The translations under genes were made by a program, and so were the position numbers. A DNA stretch of 64,000 bases from Candidatus Bathyarchaeia archaeon. Its GTDB lineage: Archaea; Thermoproteota; Bathyarchaeia; 40CM-2-53-6. Position 1 is the stretch's first letter. Each line of letters begins with the position of its first letter. The stretch lies in assembly GCA_050013255.1 (NCBI GenBank), contig JBEKFP010000001.1, positions 160,001 to 224,000 of the forward strand, given 5' to 3'. Under the pieces are notes generated by a model. The model was not told where the DNA came from. It saw nothing but the letters and a program-made list of their open reading frames with translations, and searched no databases. This document shows positions 59,388 to 64,000 of the stretch, piece after piece.

Positions 59388-60356
59388 TCATCGTGCTTTG
59401 AGGACGCTCGGGAGAGTCAGAGGCGGTAAGGCCTCCTCGATCTCTGACCGGTGTGGTTCCAGCCAGGGTGGTAGCATGAGGCGTCCGCCCAAATCTTGAA
59501 CAGGCTCATCGACTGCGAAGCCAGGCGGGTCGGTGGCAATTTCGAACAGTACACCCCCAGGTTCACGGTAATATATTGAATGGAAATATTTTCTGTCGAT
59601 GATAGGTGTCACATTCATGCCGGCTTCGATCAGATGTTCCCGCCAAGCTTTCTGCTGCTCATCCTCCGGCGTGCGCCATGCAACATGGTGTACGCTTCCT
59701 ACGCTGACAATCCCGCGGGGAGCGCCGAGCTCTGTGAGGACATCAACGATGGCACCTGCTCCACCTTCCCCAACCTCAAACCGATACCGGTTCCCAATCT
59801 GCCCAACTCGCCGAAAACCCATCGTTTCAGTTAGGAGGGACGACGTTCGTTCAGGGCCTGCCTCCAAAAGCGCAACGCTATGAAAGCCTCTCAAGCCATA
59901 CTCGGGTGGGACTGGACCATCCTTCCATACCCTATCCAACTGGCCGTCTTGAGCGGCTACAAGCTCCAGCTGGAGGCCATCAGGATCAGAGAATGATAGT
60001 ACCTGCTCATTGAAGCGTGCAACCGGGCCCTGGAATGGGACATCATAATTCTTGAAACGGTCCATCCAGAAGCTAATCGCCGTCTCTGGGATGGAGAAGG
60101 AAGTTGCCGTTAACTGGCCAGTTCCTATTCGACCGTTTGGGCCGCCCGGCCATGCGAAGAAAGTTAGGATTGTGCCTGGGTGGCCTAGCTCGTCCCCATA
60201 ATATAGGTGGTAGGTGGTAGGCTCATCGAAGTTCACTGTTACCTTTACCAATCGCAGGCCTAGAACGCCAACGTAGAAGTCCATGTTCCGTTGCGGGTCA
60301 CCTGCTATGGCGGTAACATGGTGAACCCCAAGAATCTCTTTCTCCATTTCCGGCAT
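59388..60356 (-). CDS. Ring-cleaving dioxygenase (MhqO-like glyoxalase family)
   Basis: GVHHVT, TVNFD, YHLYYGD, HHVAWR, IDRKYF.SIY.REPGG.LFEIATD. Confidence 0.92.
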   Translation of the reverse strand: MPEMEKEILGVHHVTAIAGDPQRNMDFYVGVLGLRLVKVTVNFDEPTTYHLYYGDELGHPGTILTFFAWPGGPNGRIGTGQLTATSFSIPETAISFWMDRFKNYDVPFQGPVARFNEQVLSFSDPDGLQLELVAAQDGQLDRVWKDGPVPPEYGLRGFHSVALLEAGPERTSSLLTETMGFRRVGQIGNRYRFEVGEGGAGAIVDVLTELGAPRGIVSVGSVHHVAWRTPEDEQQKAWREHLIEAGMNVTPIIDRKYFHSIYYREPGGVLFEIATDPPGFAVDEPVQDLGGRLMLPPWLEPHRSEIEEALPPLTLPSVLKAR

Positions 60357-60611
60357 CCTAGCCTCATGCGTGCGCTTCCTCTGATGGCACGACAATTAAG
60401 GCATGCCCTTTCTAATCGGTGGAAATTGGCCTAGGACTCTCCCCGCGACCTTTTCTCCACGCAGAGTTAAGTAGGTAGCAATGTGAACATCTTACATCCA
60501 AATAGGAAGCGATTCATTTGGTTAGAAAACGCAAACCGACTAAGCTGCGAGCGAGAGAAAGTGTTCCGCCTGTTGTCCCAACTCCAGAGCAAGTAGCTTG
60601 AACGCGAAATC

Positions 60612-60683
60612 TCAGGCTGGCGGCTTCCAGAACTTAGAACCCAAGAGACTCTTCAGGGTCTTCAGCACTCGCGGTGCTGCCAT
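60612..60683 (-). CDS. Possible 23-aa basic peptide (MAAPRVLKTLKSLLGSKFWKPPA)
   Basis: GGTGG SD and TTAAA TATA-like element ~30 nt upstream of ATG. Confidence 0.35.
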   Translation of the reverse strand: MAAPRVLKTLKSLLGSKFWKPPA

Positions 60684-60753
60684 CTTCCACCGCCTGAGAA
60701 GCAAGTGCAAGTCTTTAAGCTCAATCCGCCCTCGTGGATAAGGTGAGCAGGAA

Positions 60754-61323
60754 TTGTTGATGGAGCAGACCTTGATACTTGTTGATAACAATGATAAGAT
60801 TCTGGGTTACGCGCCGAGAAGCATATGCCACACCGGCAAGGGAAAACGCCACAGGGCTTTCGTGATCGCACTCTACAACAGCAAGGGAGAGATTCTGCTC
60901 CAACGAAGGAAGCATGCGCTCTTCAGCAACCTGTGGGACCTTGCCGGAGCCAGCCACCCCTTGCGGTCGCGGGGAAAAAATGAGTCATATGGAGAAGCCG
61001 CGGCCCGGTGCATGAAAGACGAGTTCGGGCTCAGAGGAATCTCGCTTAGAAAGATAGGGGCCTTCAACTATTTCGCCCCACAAGGAAAGAAATGCGAGAA
61101 TGAACACTGCGCGCTAATAGTCGGGAAATATGATGGCAAAGTGAAGGCGAACCCGAAGGTCGCCTACGGTTTCAAATGGGCATCCCTTAAGGAAACCCTA
61201 GCAGAGATCCGAAGAAGACCAGCCTCTTTCGTGATGTGGGCCAGACTAGGAGCAAAGTTGCTCAGAAAGCACTCACTTGGAAAAAAGCTCTTGAAAACAA
61301 AATCTAAGGAGAAGAGAACTTAG
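60754..61323 (+). CDS. Type-1 IPP isomerase-like NUDIX protein
   Basis: HRAF, LLQRR, SHP, ENE; catalytic Cys position altered (LAGASHP). Confidence 0.75.
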   Translation: MLMEQTLILVDNNDKILGYAPRSICHTGKGKRHRAFVIALYNSKGEILLQRRKHALFSNLWDLAGASHPLRSRGKNESYGEAAARCMKDEFGLRGISLRKIGAFNYFAPQGKKCENEHCALIVGKYDGKVKANPKVAYGFKWASLKETLAEIRRRPASFVMWARLGAKLLRKHSLGKKLLKTKSKEKRT

Positions 61324-61630
61324 GCGCCGGCTTCTAGCGGTGTCGCGTTCAAGTTCGCCGCATCATTTCACGTAGGACACCCAGCGCCCAGCCGTGATGA
61401 GAAGCTTTAGTTTACATTTCAGCCGACGGCCGTACAAGTTCAGGAGCTTCGGCCGTAAATCCACGTTAACAACCCTGAGCCTTCCCCGTGCAATCTGCGA
61501 CTTGGTCGCCACTTATGCCGGGGAGATGAAAACTTCACGCAACGAAGCTTACTCCAAATGCTTGCAGCAAGGCCTACTCATCTATCTGAAAACACAAACA
61601 ACCACCCTGCAAGCTTCGCGGAAGTAGGTT

Positions 61631-61763
61631 TGGTGCTCCGGGCGGGATTCGAACCCGCGATCAGTGACTAAGGGGAACGATTTCCCCGGCACCGAGCCTC
61701 GAAAGGCCACTATGCTCACGGTCCAGCTTTATTCGCCGGTTAACCGGGCTACACCACCGGAGC
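61631..61763 (-). tRNA. tRNA-Glu(TTC) with D-loop intron (~61717-61740) and canonical 37/38 intron (61670-61699)
   Basis: Acceptor GCTCCGG/CCGGAGC, anticodon arm GTGGC-CTTTCGA-GTCAC after splicing, GGTTCGAATCC, encoded CCA. Confidence 0.92.
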
Positions 61764-61805
61764 GCCGCAGCAAAACAAGTACTCGAGTCTTTAAGTTCTT
61801 TCGCG

Positions 61806-62096
61806 TTAGTGGACTACTCGGAACTCTTTGAACTCTCCTCTCCACTCCTCCCATTTGACATCAAAGTCTTGAACGTGGGCACCAGGTGGACCGCGTTGAC
61901 TGAAGGCAACCGCTTCCTCGACCTTGTCTCTATCTCCTTCAAAGAGTGCTTCGACCCGCCCATCGGGCAAGTTGCGTACCCATCCCGCGAGGCCGAGGCG
62001 ATGCGCGAAGTTCGCCGTCTCGGCGCGAAAGAATACGCCTTGGACCCTACCGCCTACGTAAACATGTGCCCTTGCCTTCACAGTCCACCCGTCCAT
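61806..62096 (-). CDS. acyP: Acylphosphatase
   Basis: GRVQGVFFR, GWVRNLPDGRVE, GPP. Confidence 0.95.
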   Translation of the reverse strand: MDGWTVKARAHVYVGGRVQGVFFRAETANFAHRLGLAGWVRNLPDGRVEALFEGDRDKVEEAVAFSQRGPPGAHVQDFDVKWEEWRGEFKEFRVVH

Positions 62097-62165
62097 GCAT
62101 GTCTAAATAATCGCAGCTTGAAATGTGGGTCGTAGAAGAAAAGTTTCCCGGTGTATTAAGAGGGT

Positions 62166-63299
62166 TTGCGAGCAGTAATTGTCGAGCTGAAGCTTCCAGC
62201 CTTTCCGCCTTTAGCGGAAGAAACCAGGACCATGGCTGAGAATATCGGCTACGAGGTCGGAGGGACGCTCATTCAAAGGAGAAAGAGCGTCCACCACTCA
62301 TACACAATCGGGCCGGGTAGGCTGAACGACCTTAAGCGGCTCGTAGAGGAAACGGAAGCGGACACGGTCATCTTCGCAAACCCCCTCAAAAGCAGCCACG
62401 TCTTTAAGCTAACCCAATACCTAGGCGGAGAAGTGCGCGTCATAGACCGGAACCTACTCATACTCGAGGTATTCGACAAAAGAGCATTCACGAATGAGGC
62501 GAAGCTCCAGATTCGCCTAGCCAAGCTCAAGTACACGCTATCCTGGGGCAGAGAATTCATCAAACTCCGTGGCATTATGGGCGAACAGTTAGGTTGGATG
62601 GGGCCAGGGGACTACCCATACCAAGAATACTACCGCGCGGCCAGGAACAGAATCAGCAGAATCGAAAGCGAGCTTGACGACATCTACAAGAAGAAGATGC
62701 TCAAACGGGACCGAAGGCGAGAACTTGGGTTCCCAATCGTCGCGCTCGCCGGCTACACTCAAGCCGGCAAGACAAGTTTCTTCAATTTGGTAACACACGA
62801 AGATAAGACCGTTGGCTTGGGGCCGTTCACAACACTCGGCACGTTTGCACGCAGGGTCGACATGAAAAGGGACTCTGACTCGCCGGAGTTCATTCTCATT
62901 GACTCAATCGGGTTCATAGAAGATATGCATCCCATAATTTTGAAGGCATTTCACGCTACACTTGGGGAACTAGCGACTGCAGACCTCGTCTTATTGTTCG
63001 TTGACGCGAGCGACACGGAATTCCCCTTGGAAAGAAAAATTCGGGCGTGCAGCCAAATCCTTCGTGAAATCGAAATTACTTTACCAATAATAATTTGCGC
63101 GAACAAAATGGATCTAGTTTCTAGCGAGCAACTTGAAAAATCTATTTCGATAATTCGAAGGTATTTCATTACCGAAGATATCGTCCCGGCGAGCATCAAG
63201 ACTGGCCAGAACTTGGATGAGGTCTTAAGCCTCGTTAGTTCCAAGTTACGCGCGCAGAATCTCATAGTGAATCCAGGAAAGCCTCAACCGCAGCATTGA
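62166..63299 (+). CDS. hflX: GTPase HflX
   Basis: DR..LILEVF, EAKLQI.LA, GYTQAGKT, DSIGFI, NKMD. Confidence 0.92.
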   Translation: MRAVIVELKLPAFPPLAEETRTMAENIGYEVGGTLIQRRKSVHHSYTIGPGRLNDLKRLVEETEADTVIFANPLKSSHVFKLTQYLGGEVRVIDRNLLILEVFDKRAFTNEAKLQIRLAKLKYTLSWGREFIKLRGIMGEQLGWMGPGDYPYQEYYRAARNRISRIESELDDIYKKKMLKRDRRRELGFPIVALAGYTQAGKTSFFNLVTHEDKTVGLGPFTTLGTFARRVDMKRDSDSPEFILIDSIGFIEDMHPIILKAFHATLGELATADLVLLFVDASDTEFPLERKIRACSQILREIEITLPIIICANKMDLVSSEQLEKSISIIRRYFITEDIVPASIKTGQNLDEVLSLVSSKLRAQNLIVNPGKPQPQH

Positions 63300-63942
63300 A
63301 CTCGCGATGTTTCTCGAGCATGACGTTATGCCCGGCATCTGGGATTACAACGAGGCTTGAGTTAACTATTTTTTCATGAAGATACTGCGAATATTTTACC
63401 GGTGTCATCCGATCATCTGCCCCCACCACGATTAGAGTTTTGCAAGTTATCTTCTGCACGTCGTTCATTCGGTCAAACCTGTCACATGCAATGAAATCAC
63501 CGTAAGCGACCTCAGGTTTCACCTTAAGCAAATCTTCCGCAATCCTTTCTGCAATTATGGGGTCCGAGCTTGGTGACACAGACCATTTCCCTACCAGTTT
63601 GCTGACATCCTCGTAGTTTTCCTTAATTCCAGTTAGAATATTGGGATCAACTCTAAGCCGCGCTCCAGTGCCAACCAAAACGAGCCCCGCCAAATCGGAG
63701 TTTTTCAGGGCGATTGTGATTGCGATTGCTCCACCCATCGAATGCCCGACAAGAACGGGGTACTTTAACGCCTTCTCCCTGATATGTGCCTCAACTGAGG
63801 AGGCATAGTCCTCGATCGTGTTGCACCCTGGGCCCAATGGATGTCCAGGCAGTTCCACCGCCAGGCCCCCTTTGAAATGCAGTAGCTGGAGCCGCCAAAC
63901 CATAGGGCTTGCTCCGGCACCGTGAATGAAGAGAGGCGTCAA
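63262..63942 (-). CDS. Alpha/beta hydrolase
   Basis: IHGAG, GHSMGG, D..TP, AGH. Confidence 0.9.
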   Translation of the reverse strand: MTPLFIHGAGASPMVWRLQLLHFKGGLAVELPGHPLGPGCNTIEDYASSVEAHIREKALKYPVLVGHSMGGAIAITIALKNSDLAGLVLVGTGARLRVDPNILTGIKENYEDVSKLVGKWSVSPSSDPIIAERIAEDLLKVKPEVAYGDFIACDRFDRMNDVQKITCKTLIVVGADDRMTPVKYSQYLHEKIVNSSLVVIPDAGHNVMLEKHREFNAAVEAFLDSL

Positions 63943-64000
63943 CCCGACCTGCTCCGGTACTCATGGTTGAGGCTGGAAACAATATAGAATAAGCGCAGAT

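Overview
Archaeal chromosomal window, most likely TACK and probably Bathyarchaeia (inferred from an archaeal histone, eS17, ArcTGT-SmAP3-AK6 cluster, an eL22-like ORF, and three tRNAs with non-canonical introns). Housekeeping blocks (Lhr, ECF transporter, TatD, fused EtfBA-FixCX, DHS, HflX and others) are interrupted by three integration hotspots. (1) tRNA-Ser(GCT) is followed by three extra copies of its 3' end that delimit integrase-less cargo segments, including a GH130-PMM-PfkA module. (2) Between tatD and rps17e lies a tandem array of four units with IS6-type ends (14 bp, 38 bp, 1249 bp, 3139 bp), each separated by a copy of one 8-bp target (CGCAWYAG). The units decay with distance from the rps17e promoter, and the intact one encodes a SWIM-Zn-HTH-DDE transposase, an operator-flanked divergent small gene and cargo. 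This is the best candidate for an undescribed site-targeted, cassette-accumulating transposon system. (3) A ~13.5 kb island bounded by tRNA-Leu(TAG) 3'-end repeats carries a peptide/amide catabolism cluster. Several unannotated microproteins and pseudogene fragments were also read by hand.
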